Source: Nemertoderma westbladi
Taxonomy: Eukaryota > Animalia > Xenacoelomorpha
Length of the DNA stretch: 53,900 nucleotides
Assembly: GCA_032718475.1 (NCBI GenBank)
Contig: JAUCBJ010008310.1
Span: forward strand, 1-53,900
Reading direction: 5' to 3'
Below, one piece after another: positions 12,901 through 24,926 of this stretch (position 1 is its first letter; each line of letters starts with the position of its first letter). The notes under the pieces were generated by a model that was not told the DNA's origin, did not search any database, and saw nothing but the letters and a program-made list of their open reading frames with translations. Both the position numbers and the translations under genes were made by a program.

Positions 12901-14802
12901 TGAGGATTTCTGGGGGTAGCATTATTTTTGTGCATGTCGAGGTTATACAGCAGGGTAGCCAGTTTATTGTAACATTATCTGACACAACACACCTTCCCCC
13001 ACCATATAGAATTGATAATCATTCTCAGGTTGATGTAACTTTCTTTCAAGTGAATTGCTTAGATGCAAGCATGTGGACTACAATGCAAACAAAGGCATCA
13101 CAGCCTTATGTTTTTGATGAGCCCACTTTAGCGCGTAAGCTTTCATGTTTTGTTCAGAGGGAGATTATTTGTGTAGTTGACATGGAAAGGCTTGGGAGTG
13201 AAGAACAACTTCAATATAGCAATTCCTTCTATATTGCAATAGCGTCACAAATTGCAGACACTCAAGGGTTAGATACACACTTAGTATTGGATGTTCCTCA
13301 TGGATCAGTTGTCCTGCTTAAAAGAAAAGAATCGTTCAAGCGTTCACAACTTTGGCGAATGACTTCTGATGGGTTGCTCTTTAATGAAGCTTCTATACCA
13401 TTGACGTCCAGTGGTGGACTTTGTCAACTTTCAGCGACATCACCATATGGGAAAGTGTTAGATGTATATAATTGGCCACACAATGATAGCAGCTCTATTG
13501 TTTCTCTAATGTTGCGCCAACCGAATCCAAAAAGAAGCTCAACACAACAGTGGGAATTTACTCATAAAAATAATCTGCGTTTACGATCAGAAGTTGGGTT
13601 TGTGGTTCAAGCTAAAAATAATTTGACTGGTTTAAGAAATGGCCAAGAAGTCTTACTATCGAAGCCATCTCCTAATACTGACGGAACTACAGTCCCATGG
13701 CAACATGTGATTCAACAACGCCCACGTGAGGGGTCTGGTATGTTAACATTGAGAGTTATTGTCGATGGCCCGACACAAGTGTTATCAATAAAGGACATGT
13801 TGGATACTGGCAGACACTCCCAGATGTTGCAAATTCCTGAGCGTCGGTTCGAGTGGGAAGCCAACTGCAAGATGCCATTGGGTATCCGTCTGTCCGTAGT
13901 TTCCTCTCGTTTGGGCCGTAACGAGGAGTTGATATTGGCGACACTGCAAGGATTCGATATCGGTCTGCGACATGGTCGCACAGAGACAACTCTCGATATC
14001 AATGTTGTCCACGTCCAATGCGATAATCAGTGTCTGTTTTCCGAGCATCCAGTCATATTCTACTCCATTAAGGGCCGCGAAGATTCCTCCGTGAGTGCCG
14101 TTAGAATGTCTATATGTAAAACCCACGACAGCCGTTATCACATTCACATACTGAAACGAGTTAATTTAGAGGTTCTCCCTTTCTCTATTGTTGTCAATGA
14201 GTCTTTGTTACTTAAATTGATGCTATTTTTACAATATATGCCGGACGAAGAGGCATTGCCAACCGCGAATTCGTTGGGATTAGATCTACGTCGTAGGTCA
14301 TCTGTTGGGAATTCTTCTACTCATTCAACGAAATTCTACTTCGAGGATCTTATAATATCGCCAACTTATATAAAACTGCAAACTTTACGGGCGCCGTACC
14401 TTCAAGCCAATCTCAAACAAATGCGTCAAGATATCGGTATTTGGTTTCTCAATATGGATATTCCAATGATTAATTTTGGAACGTTTTCTCGCCATCGTTC
14501 GTATGAAACTGCAAGTTTCCTATTGGCCAATCTCAGTAAGCATTACATGCAGTGCTGCAAGAAGGCGGTCCTCTATATGGTCGCATCTCTCCTTAATATG
14601 GGTGGTCTGCTTGGCGACCTCAAGGAAGGGGCCCTTGAACTCACCAGCCTCAACTTTAAGGGCGCTATTCGGAACACTTTTCACGGAATGTCGGATTTCG
14701 CCGTCAAGTCTACTGGAACTTTGGTAAACGCATTGGAGATAATTGCTATGGACGAGCAACACTATACTGAGAGAAGACGCATTGAGGCCAGCCATAGGTC
14801 AG
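3990..14802 (+). CDS. VPS13D: VPS13D giant coding exon (10,813 bp): lipid-transfer rod, VAB/SHR-binding repeats, ricin-B-like domain, start of C-terminal region
   Basis: Uninterrupted ORF bounded by acceptor actttgcag|ATT and donor TCAG|gtaagt. VPS13 motifs include 'WWNFA', 'YYNRSLSGWEPIVEPW' and 'PPYRIDNHS'. VPS13D-type motifs include 'FNTLRTVVNVQTWVMFLDFFGVG', 'SVRYTHTNRF' and the ricin-like 'RSQLWRMT...STQQWEF'. Confidence 0.95.
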
Positions 14803-15807
14803 GTAAGTGCAGTATCTGGGTGTCAGAATTAAAAAAAAATTATTTAATCTTTTTCGGTATATAATTGAAAATGTTACTATATATATAGATATATTATTTT
14901 AATTTTCAAGTCGCGGTTGGTGCTATATATCACGGCGTGAAATAAGGTAACAGTATTCTTTCAGTATGATTGTACTGTATTATACGGTCACGCTGAGGTA
15001 GGCCTAACAGCAAGTCATTCATCACAGAGACAGACAACACAAGATACATAAGGTCGTTACAGGTACCATACCGCGGACAGGATGAATGTAACTTAAAGGT
15101 CGTTGCCCACACCTAGTAGGTTCAGCCTGTAGGCTGCAGACTGCACAGCACACGTATAGGTTGTTGTAGGTACGGTACCGGTATAACACACAATTTCTAA
15201 TAAAAAAAAACTTCGAAACTTGAAAATAAAACAAATTCAATTGTCATATTTTAAATTGGCGGCACGGGCGGAACTCTAGATCACACTTAATTGTTGCTAT
15301 TTTTATTCCAGAACTTATTGTTTTCTTCTAGAACTTTAAATAAAGTGCTATACATAATGTAATCTAGTTGTTAGCTATTGCCATTCTTTTTATTATTTTT
15401 ACATTGAAAATATAACCCTTTAGAGACTTTTAAAATAAAAAGTTTCTCAGTAGTAGGTACTAATTATTGTTTACTACAAGAAGTAGGGACTTTATGTTAA
15501 TTAAATTGAAAAGATTATAAACAAAATATGAGTCTCTGCTTAATATTTCCCTTAAGCGGGAGACTGTGGGCGGATGATAGGGTAACTGCAGACGGGTGGG
15601 TCTCACCCTCACAAATACACAGCCTATAGCCAGGTATCAGCTCAAAAATATTATAAACAGTACGAAATTGTTTGCTCTATCAGATATTTCACCTAGCGGT
15701 AGACCTGAGATAGGATAATCTGCTGTATTTAATATATATTAACCCGCTAACCGTTGAAAGACTTTGTTACAGGTTTTTTTAAATATATCTGTAAATTTTC
15801 CCTACAG

Positions 15808-15999
15808 GTGGAATAGACCCCTTTGTTGGAGGTATTGTTTCCTTCTCCCATGGTATTGTTGGTGGGTTTGGTGGTTTGGTTAAGAAGCCTATGGAAGGTT
15901 TTACTAAGCAAGGCGCTTTCGGGGCCGTTAAGGGCGTTGGCAAAGGCCTCGTTGGTCTGTTAGCTAAACCAGCAGCTGGTGTGTTGGACATTGCTACAG
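15808..15999 (+). CDS. VPS13D: VPS13D exon, Gly-rich ATG2_C-like amphipathic helices
   Basis: Acceptor ccctacag|GT and donor CAG|gtatgt. Translates GIDPFVGGIVSFSHGIVGGFGGLVKKPMEG...KGVGKGLVGLLAKPAAGVLDIAT. Phase 1 to 1. Confidence 0.92.
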
Positions 16000-16310
16000 G
16001 TATGTGGCACATTGCTACAGGTATTTGGCACATTGTTAGAGGTAGGTGGAACTTTCTCCAGGTAGTTACTTTCTACAGGTATGCTACAGGTAGTTACCAC
16101 ATCGCTACAACAGCCAGATGGCACAATTCATTCGGTGGCTGGCACATTGCTACATTTAGGTGGCTGGTACCTCAACGCTACCGGTAGGAGGCACAATGTT
16201 ACATGTAGTGACACATTGCTACAGACAGGTGGTACATTATTGCTACAGGTAGGTTGTACCGTTCATTGACTACATGTTGCTGGGACATAGCTGGTAAGTG
16301 AACCTTGCTA
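15988..16310 (+). repeat. Degenerate ~21-bp tandem repeat derived from the exon/intron junction (CACATTGCTACAGGTA...)
   Basis: ATTGCTACAG|GTATGT at the true donor is repeated as ATTGCTACAG|GTATTT and ATTGTTAGAG|GTAGGT, with further decayed copies downstream. Confidence 0.75.
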
Positions 16311-16384
16311 CATAGTACGTGGGACAAAATCTTCTTCAATGTGGCGTATTTATTAAATGGCCTGCAGTTGAAGTATATATATTT

Positions 16385-16514
16385 ACTACATGGGAAAAAA
16401 GTATAACTTTTTTTCATTATTCTCGAGGCATTTTATTCACCGAGCGTCAACGAGGTTAATAAAGGGTCGAGAGAATATTGAAAAAAAAATTTCTATGTTT
16501 TTTTCCCATGTAAT
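16385..16514. repeat. ~130-bp imperfect palindrome (likely a non-autonomous TE remnant)
   Basis: Arms TACATGGGAAAAAA...ATTCTCGA...TTATTCACC and GGTTAATAA...TCGAGAGAAT...TTTTTTCCCATGTA flank a short loop. Confidence 0.6.
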
Positions 16515-16984
16515 ACGTAATGTTTTTCTTAAATTTGTACTTTTTTGTTGCTCAAATCTTTAATAAAAGATAGAGCGATATTGTGCTACAAAACAAATTG
16601 AACTGTAGTATTTTACTATATTGCTTCCATAGTTACTGCGATTCAAATTATTGTACTCTTAAACTGCCTTACTCTGTTCTCCAATATTTATTGTTTAACT
16701 AAAGAGCCGCTTAACTACATAAACCAATATTTGATATTGACTTCCGTATTAGAGTTCGCCGCGCAGATACTAAAGTTGCAATAACTTGGTGGATTTTGCA
16801 CAAATTATGTGCAAAACCTTTTCTACTTCGACGTTATTTAAACACAACACATAAGACAATTTGAGAAATTCCACCAAATATATTTTCAAATTTTTCTTAT
16901 TTTACTTTTTGGAAAAAGTTAAAGCTAATAATTAAGCATTCAGGGCGCCGATAAGTTGACCTAATGTAACAAAATTACGTACAC

Positions 16985-17105
16985 CATTGCGTGTGAAGGG
17001 GCACTATTCAGCGTGGGTGGGTTGGGTACCGCTTACATTGTAAAGTCGGCTATGACATCCAGGTGGGATCGAACTGGCGACCTCTAGGTTGGAAGTCAAT
17101 CTCCT
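16985..17105 (-). mobile_element. Partial tRNA-derived SINE
   Basis: The minus strand reads ...CAACCTAGAGGTCGCCAGTTCGATCCCACC..., a B-box/T-arm-like motif. The 5' end is missing. Confidence 0.45.
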
Positions 17106-17232
17106 CCAAAACACCAATAATAAATGTGTATTTATGTGAAACTTACTCGCTGCGATCGCTCGGTAGTTACTTGTCACACAATCATGTAAATAGTTAAATA
17201 TTTCAAATATTGTTATCTTTGATTTATCGCAG

Positions 17233-17341
17233 GTGCAGCGACGACACTGAAAAACTTTAGCAGTAAACCGGAATCTCAGGATGCGGTGAATAGGTCGAGA
17301 TTAACTCGGTGTTGTGCAGACTCAGTTGGGTTGTTACCCAG
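17233..17341 (+). CDS. VPS13D: VPS13D exon
   Basis: Acceptor atcgcag|GT and donor AG|gttggt. Translates GAATTLKNF...RSRLTRCCADSVGLLPR, resembling VPS13D 'RVRKPRCCTGPQGLLPR'. Confidence 0.9.
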
Positions 17342-17412
17342 GTTGGTTGGGTTCCTAAGTTCTACGTGTTTGTTGGATATTATTACCCGGGTTGGGTTAG
17401 GTTATTTGTTTG

Positions 17413-17713
17413 AAGTAAAAGTAAAGTAAATTTTCTTCGGCCGTTATGCCAGATATTACGCATAAAGTCTGACGACTTATTTCCAGTGCGGTCCCCCCAG
17501 AACTATACTCCCCACAGGAGACCAGGGAGGCACGGGAGGCTACAATTTAAGGAAGCAAGGCAGATATGCGCCCTGGCTAGTTCATTTAAAGCGAAACTAA
17601 AACGCCCCCTCCCCCCCCCCCCCCCCTCCCCCTCCCCCGTGCTGGGATCGAACCCACGACCTCCAGAGAGAAGTGAATTCAGGGCAACGTATTTCACCAC
17701 TGGTCACTGCACC
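17413..17713 (-). mobile_element. tRNA-derived SINE with a LINE-like 3' stem-loop and (TTTAC)n tail
   Basis: On the minus strand: A-box-like GGTGCAGTGACCAGTGG, B box GGTTCGATCCC (17644-17654), a G-run and body, the 3' motif GGACCGCACTGGAAATAAG-hairpin, then a TTTAC tail. Confidence 0.75.
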
Positions 17714-17797
17714 AATTAAGGTATGACGTTTTGAGGTATCTGGTTTGTTTGGGTTAACTGTACTAATATATTTATTTTAATAAAATAACCTTTACAG

Positions 17798-17939
17798 ATA
17801 CAACGAAGATGCCGCATTGGGACAGGAACTTCTTTATTCTATAAACAACGGCGACACAGCAGAGGAATTTATTGCTTTGGACGCGGCTTCACCTAAAACT
17901 CATATTCTCGTGTCTTCCCAGAATATTTACCACCTTAAA
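17798..17939 (+). CDS. VPS13D: VPS13D exon (start of C-terminal PH-like domain); last exon identified in the window
   Basis: Acceptor tttacag|A and donor AAA|gtgagt. Translates (R)YNEDAALGQELLYSINNGDTAEEFIALD...ILVSSQNIYHLK, resembling VPS13D 'RYSESQAEGQEQL...EFFIAVE...LISSKAVYFLK'. Confidence 0.9.
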
Positions 17940-18119
17940 GTGAGTCTCGGTGTTATTTTGTGAGTTTGAGGGGCTTCACCTCCCGTCGCCGTAGGGGGAC
18001 AACCACCACATTTTATACAATCAAATATAATATAATTTACAACCCGTTTATCAATCATCGACAGGCTTCAATACTGCAGCTTGCATTAAGAATGCTGTGC
18101 CGGCTTATCGCCAAAATAA

Positions 18120-20800
18120 GCCCTTTTAATATCATAATCGTCATCAGTAGGCCTACTGCTGTGTATTATGTGACCTAAACAATTGAATTTAGTAACTATT
18201 TCTATCGCACTGTTATAAAGGTAAACATCAGCAACAATACAGTTACTGGAGCACCTAGGTATAAAATATAGTTACTGGAGCACCTAGGTATAAAATACAG
18301 TTACTGGAGCACCTAGGTATAAAATATAGTTACTGGAGCACCTAGGTATAAAATATAGTTACTGGAGCACCTAGGTATAAAATACAGTTACTGGAGCACC
18401 TAGGTATAAAATACAGTTACTGGAGCACCTAGGTATAAAATACAGTTACTGGAGCACCTAGGTATAAAATACAGTTACTGGAGCACCTAGGTATAAAATA
18501 CAGTTACTGGAGCACCTAGGTATAAAATACAGTTACTGGAGCACCTAGGTATAAAATACAGTTACTGGAGCACCTAGGTATAAAATACAGTTACTGGAGC
18601 ACCTAGGTATAAAATACAGTTACTGGAGCACCTAGGTATAAAATACAGTTACTGGAGCACCTAGGTATAAAATACAGTTACTGGAGCACCTAGGTATAAA
18701 ATACAGTTACTGGAGCACCTAGGTATAAAATACAGTTACTGGAGCACCTAGGTATAAAATACAGTTACTGGAGCACCTAGGTATAAAATACAGTTACTGG
18801 AGCACCTAGGTATAAAATACAGTTACTGGAGCACCTAGGTATAAAATACAGTTACTGGAGCACCTAGGTATAAAATATAGTTACTGGAGCACCTAGGTAT
18901 AAAATACAGTTACTGGAGCACCTAGGTATAAAATACAGTTACTGGAGCACCTAGGTATAAAATACAGTTACTGGAGCACCTAGGTATAAAATACAGTTAC
19001 TGGAGCACCTAGGTATAAAATACAGTTACTGGAGCACCTAGGTATAAAATACAGTTACTGGAGCACCTAGGTATAAAATACAGTTACTGGAGCACCTAGG
19101 TATAAAATACAGTTACTGGAGCACCTAGGTATAAAATACAGTTACTGGAGCACCTAGGTATAAAATACAGTTACTGGAGCACCTAGGTATAAAATACAGT
19201 TACTGGAGCACCTAGGTATTAAATACAGTTACTGGAGCACCTAGGTATAAAATACAGTTACTGGAGCACCTAGGTATAAAATACAGTTACTGGAGCACCT
19301 AGGTATAAAATACAGTTACTGGAGCACCTAGGTATAAAATACAGTTACTGGAGCACCTAGGTATAAAATACAGTTACTGGAGCACCTAGGTATAAAATAC
19401 AGTTACTGGAGCACCTAGGTATAAAATACAGTTACTGGAGCACCTAGGTATAAAATATAGTTACTGGAGCACCTAGGTATAAAATACAGTTACTGGAGCA
19501 CCTAGGTATAAAATACAGTTACTGGAGCACCTAGGTATAAAATACAGTTACTGGAGCACCTAGGTATAAAATACAGTTACTGGAGCACCTAGGTATAAAA
19601 TACAGTTACTGGAGCACCTAGGTATAAAATACAGTTACTGGAGCACCTAGGTATAAAATACAGTTACTGGAGCACCTAGGTATAAAATACAGTTACTGGT
19701 GCACCTAGGTATAAAATACAGTTACTGGAGCACCTAGGTATAAAATACAGTTACTGGAGCACCTAGGTATAAAATATAGTTACTGGAGCACCTAGGTATA
19801 AAATACAGTTACTGGAGCACCTAGGTATAAAATGTAGTTACTGGAGCACCTAGGTATAAAATATAGACATTTTGTTTTCTTCTTATTAAATAAAATGGAG
19901 TTCCGTTCAGCAAAAAGTTCAGCTACATTAGTTAAACGTTGTAAACCAAAAATAGAGTTAGACAAAAGACATAAATCATCTGCATACCTAAGTGATTTAT
20001 TCCTGTATCCCCTATCAGACAGCCCACCCCTGTATTGGTTAAATCTTAACCTAGCTAGATGTAAACATTAAACAGCAACGGCGATAGAACTCCACCCTGT
20101 TTAGTTCCATTTGTTACCAAAAACGTAGAAGAAGTATACCCATCCCACCTAAAACACATGTACACTGCTCTCTGTACCAAGAGATAAAATGCTAACTATG
20201 TACATCGGTAAGCCCCTATCTATTAGCTTACGAAAAAGACCAAAGTGATTAATTCTAACGAAGGCTTTACTAGCATCTAACATGCATACAAACAATGGAG
20301 TATTTTGTGATAGATAATAGTTTACTTCCTTCAACGCATATACACATGTTTCGGTCACCAATTTTTCTTTAAAGCCAAATTGGTTATCCGAAGTTTTTAA
20401 CTTATTAATACACCTAGTTAATATAATACGTTCTAGAATTTTACCAAGTACGGATGATAGCTATCCCGTATCCCTCTATAATTATCTTTACTACTAATAT
20501 CCCCAGTCCTATCCTTAATTATTGGCAGTATGACAGAGTCAATCATTCCAGATGGTAAGTACCCGTGTACAAATATACAAGTAAAAAGCACAGATAGAAC
20601 CGTAAATAAATTTAGACTGCACCCATTTAAAAAATTCTCAGCTGTTAACATATCCGGACCAACAGCCTTATTGGTATTTAAACTATTAATTGAATCAAAA
20701 ACCTCATGTAACTTAACAATATCAGAGTCTAAAAACACGTTTGGTAATCCTAATTTAACCTTATCTAAAAACATAGCTGTAAAAGCTTTTGCGGACATAA
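18120..20800 (-). mobile_element. Decayed non-LTR retrotransposon RT region (RTEX-like), interrupted by a satellite
   Basis: Minus-strand fragments 'KAVGPDML', 'DNYRGI', 'CMLDASKAF', 'YADDLCLL' and 'FNKKKTKC'. Beyond the satellite it continues 'IEIVTKFNCLGHIIHS..DDDYDIKR'. Multiple frameshifts. Confidence 0.8.
18236..19866. repeat. 29-bp satellite (AGTTACTGGAGCACCTAGGTATAAAATAC), ~56 near-identical copies
   Basis: Head-to-tail array with only rare single-base variants and no spacers. Confidence 0.98.
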
Positions 20801-22043
20801 CAAGTCATTTTTACGCAATGCGCTGAATACTCTAAAAAAGCCTAGAATTGTTCAGCTACGCGTCTGTCAGAAAATAGAACTGAGATGACGAAATCTGCCA
20901 GCTGATTCTTTGTGTACGTGGAAGTTTCTTTGTTGGACATATTTCAGCCAATCAGAGCAATCTTCCCAGTTATGCCAACAGAGCCCTATGGAAAATGGCG
21001 TAATGCGGCAGTTTTTCCTAGAATCCAATTTCATTCTGGATTCAGTCAGAAGTTTTAACGTTTAGACTTTGCCCAAGAACATCTGATGGCTAGAGTCATA
21101 AGAACGCAAATCTATTAACGAACGAAACGAACATTGCATAACGCATCACATCAGAACACATTTCATATTACTGTCTCTTTGCACCGTACTGCTTTAATAC
21201 TGTTTTATATTGTTAATTGCTGTTTATATTAATGTATGTTATATTTGGAGAATACCGATAAATAATCGTAAACCCCCTCAACTTTCTTAATTACTGAGGT
21301 AAGCAGAAGGTTGTACCGGTAGCAATTGCGACTCAAATTATAGTGGTTTTGTGTGAATTAAATGCTATTTCATAATCCCTACGTATGTCAGTGGCAATCC
21401 TCCTTATATATGATCAAAATCAGTGACGGTCGGCAAATTAGTGTGAAGTAGTGTGAAGGTTAATAAAGCATCTCCTAAAGAATGCGCTATGTACGAAACT
21501 CTGTGACCAGTAAAGATGGTTCAATTCAAATATCAGGATAGAACTTATAATATTGTACTGCTGTAATAGACTTTGTTATTGTCACATTATGTCAACTTAT
21601 CAGCGCTCTGGTTAATTACTTGTAACACTGCTATAAGTTTTATTCCCACTATTGCTATCATTTTATTATAAATAAACTCGAAACTCTGATTGCGGTGCTC
21701 CCACACTCACTACTATTACTACACTCACTTATTATATTTGTAGGCCTATTGTATTATTTGTATATTTATATTGTATGTATTATATTCACGTATGTATTAT
21801 TATTGTATGTATGTATTATATTTGTATTTGTGTGATATTCCTCTTTAAATTATCATCTACTCCCGATATGAGATCTACTGTATTTATTATTTATTTTTAT
21901 CTGAAAAAACATTTTTAAAATCTTTAATTATCAGACAAAAACAGACAGACATACTAATACTAACTACTTATATTAATTTAATTTTTATCTTACTCAAGGC
22001 AGCAAGGACTTATTACAACAATAAGATTTTCATCACATAGCGA

Positions 22044-22084
22044 GGACCCCCATGGAAACGAGACGCAGTCTCATGGGGCTATCC
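22044..22084 (+). mobile_element. Isolated 3'-end stem-loop of a CR1/L2-group LINE (remnant)
   Basis: GGACCCCCATGGAAACGAGAC-GCA-GTCTCATGGGGCTATCC has the same architecture as the 3' UTR motif of the LINE at 25042-25083. It is preceded by an AT-rich UTR-like stretch. Confidence 0.55.
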
Positions 22085-22446
22085 TCGACGACAAATCATT
22101 ATAACTCAATGTTTTAGAGAGTTTTTTAACCTGCGATACTATTGACTATTAAATCCATATCCAATTCAATTCATGTTCCAACTCCACCTCCGAAACCGCG
22201 AACAACTTCACGATTGAGTTTAGAAACACGCAATCCCGCGATTGATGAACTAGAAGATTTTATTAGTTCGGATATAATAAAATCAATTGACCTTAAAGAA
22301 CTCAACCAGAGACTTCCAGGCGTACTTGTTGCCGTGGCTGAGTCGTTTATCGAGGTCCAATCTGGTTAGGTACACATCTTGGTTAGGTACCGGTAAGGAT
22401 GAAGAAAATATAGACATTTTGAGTACCGAACCCGAGTATAGCTGCT

Positions 22447-23040
22447 TTGAGGGTAACGACAATTTCGAATGTATCTATGAGAAAAACTGCTAAATTTATT
22501 GAGATAATTTTAAAATTTTGGAATATTGTTAATATTCAGACATCCTTTGGTTTCCAGCGATCTCGGGATCCAAACCGCGCTCCTTTCCAAACGACCAGCG
22601 ACAATAGATTATCGTTTTTCGCAACTTTGCTCAACTTGTTGGTTTCATGGGTGCACCGTTAACGATATAAGAATACAGCAACTTACTACAGCTACGAGTA
22701 ACTCCCTACATAATACTTGTCTTTGTCTTCATGATTTGATTATTCACCTATTGACAACTGAGAAAGTTTACAAACATAAATATGTTAAAACCGCTGACTT
22801 TCTTCAGGATGATTTAGAAGGACATTACGGACATTTGAGGTAATCAGCTGGTGGAAATAGCAGAATAACTCACGCTGAAGCGATTCATACACATCGCATT
22901 GACATTGCTAAACTTTATACGGACTGGATCTGGATGTTTCTACTGAATTAGCCTCCCATCACTGTGAACAATGTCATATTCTGGAATTGACAGACATTGA
23001 AATTGAAGTATTCGATCAGATTGTTTGTAATGTTGAATTG
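22447..23040 (+). pseudogene. Decayed P-element/THAP9-type transposase fragment
   Basis: Frameshifted pieces 'TAKFIEIILKFWNIVN' and 'KYVKTADFLQDDLEGHYGHLR*SAGGN' resemble the P-transposase 'QDxLExxFxxxRxxxG.N' motif around the catalytic Glu. Confidence 0.6.
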
Positions 23041-23224
23041 ATGGAGTAGATGAGATAGTGGCACTATTTTATATTGTATATATTTGACGTTATATTATAT
23101 ACATACGCCTTTATTGTTTACCTTCATCTCATCCCCTGTATCATCCGAATGATGTTTTACATAAAAACCGCATAACTCCTCTATAAACTATAACTCTTGA
23201 AACGGTTTGGCGAGATCTTTTTCA

Positions 23225-23375
23225 GTTCTCGAGTTATCACTGTCTTTCCGTCTATCAGTTTGTCCGTCAAAATTTAGAAGACAGACAGACAGGCTGTCAG
23301 ACAGACATATTAGATACAACTAAACATTAAAACTGACATCAGAAATGAAATCACCGACCCCGAAAACCCCCATAT
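23225..23375. repeat. Dispersed repeat; inverted copy at ~53384-53550
   Basis: GAAATCACCGACCCCGAAAACCCCCATA plus (GACA)n here matches the reverse complement of TATGGGGGTTTTCGGGGTCGTTGATTTC at 53384 onward. Confidence 0.7.
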
Positions 23376-24819
23376 TGATAATTTTAGTGAGTTGGTATGA
23401 AGCCATAGTGTCAAACATTACTGACCGATTAACAGACTACAGACAGTCAGGTTTGTGCGGGAATGTTCAAATTTTAAAGCAAATTATCTCGAAATTACAT
23501 TTCACGATATTTCCATTTTTCAAAATACTACTCATCAGCCGTTTTTCACCCAAATTCGATAATTTAATGCTCGTTTGAAAGGTTTTTTGAACTTCTTCAA
23601 AAATTATCCAGCACTTTTTTGAAATTTTTTTTTTTTTTCACATTATTGAAAATTTTGAATAATTTTATTAATTTTAATTAATAAATTTAACTAATTTACT
23701 TGAAAATTAATAAGTTAAAAAATCAGCTGGATAATTTTTGTAGAAACGAAGGTGCTGAGTCCCAAAAAGTTGGTTTCAAAAAAATTGGATAAATATTAAT
23801 GGACTAGCAGTGTTTTTAGTGAATATTTAATTCAGCCACTCACCGCTAGAGGCACACAAAAAAATTTCAATTTCAATTTTTGTTGCTCTTTGGCCTTCCC
23901 CACGTTGGCTGAACACAACATAACAGTGATATTGACCTACAACACGAAGTTAGAGCTGTTTAAAAAAACTCTCCTGAGGGGGTACCCCCCCTTAAATTAG
24001 GGTTTGAGCCTGACCAACTAACCCTAACCAAAAAAAAAAATCAAATCCAAGTTAAAGTGCTGGGCTGGCTAGTACTGCAGTATTACTATACTTAAGTCTA
24101 TAAACTATACACTTTTTAAATTTCCCGCTCCATTTTAATTGTTTGTTCAATGTAAATACTGTAGGTGATTGGTGTTGTTTTATGTGTGCATTTTTGAAAG
24201 TTTTTAATATTCTATTTTTATTTAATATTAAACAAGACTTGTAAGAGTGAAAAAAAAAAAATACTTAAGTCTATGGGGAGGGGCGCATTCCGCGCGGGGG
24301 GGGGGGGGGGGGGGAGGGGGGTGCATATTCGCCTAGGACACCCAGACACCCGGTTTTGAATTTTCCTTGTCAGCATGTAGGTGTAGGCTACTCGTAGGCT
24401 ACGCGTAGTGAATGGAATGCAGTTTCACATATAGGTAAAGTTATAGGCAACCAATGAATGAATCGAACTAGAGCCTTTAAAAAAGAGAGGTAGATTCAAA
24501 TATACTCAATCCAACAAACAATATAGAGTTGTTCGGCAGTTTGGAGTGTTACGATAGGGTAGTACAGCAATACAGATGTAATCTATCTAACTTAGGCGAT
24601 GCTATGACAACGGCACCGACGAAGCACATCTCTGCGCCAGCCCCTCCAGCCTATGTAACCCGGCATACATTCATTCCTTTTACCACAAGTCGAAATGCTG
24701 CGTCGAACGTTTTCGGTGAACTTATATATCTTTCAAAAGGACTCGCCTTACTTTATTTACTACAGCTTGATGACGCAAACGTATGAGGCGCCGTTGAAGC
24801 CAAAAGGTTAACACAAATA

Positions 24820-24926
24820 TTGAGATTACAAAAAAATAATGAGATTACAAAAATAATATTGAGATTACAAAAAAAAATTAAGATTACAAGAAAACTTGAG
24901 ATTACAAAAAATATTTGAGATTACAT
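24820..24926. repeat. Short tandem array of TGAGATTACA(A)n (~6 copies, ~20-bp period) abutting the LINE tail
   Basis: GAGATTACA is repeated six times with A-rich linkers. Confidence 0.85.

Noticed and set aside
3984-14864. ORF-track start (3984) and stop (14864) as true gene ends
   Set aside because: Both lie in introns. Splice sites at 3990 and 14802 join in phase to flanking exons with VPS13D similarity.
17640-17713. Possible tRNA gene (also at 51640-51707 and 17060-17105)
   Set aside because: A and B boxes are present but there is no complete cloverleaf. Each continues into a SINE-like body, so they are annotated as SINE heads.
18236-19866. 29-bp repeats with an internal palindrome, superficially CRISPR-like
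   Set aside because: The units are head-to-tail with no unique spacers, there are no cas genes, the context is eukaryotic, and the unit derives from LINE sequence.
24760-24810. Possible hammerhead ribozyme (TTGATGA...GAAG)
   Set aside because: The core deviates from CUGAUGA/GAAA and I could not build the three stems.
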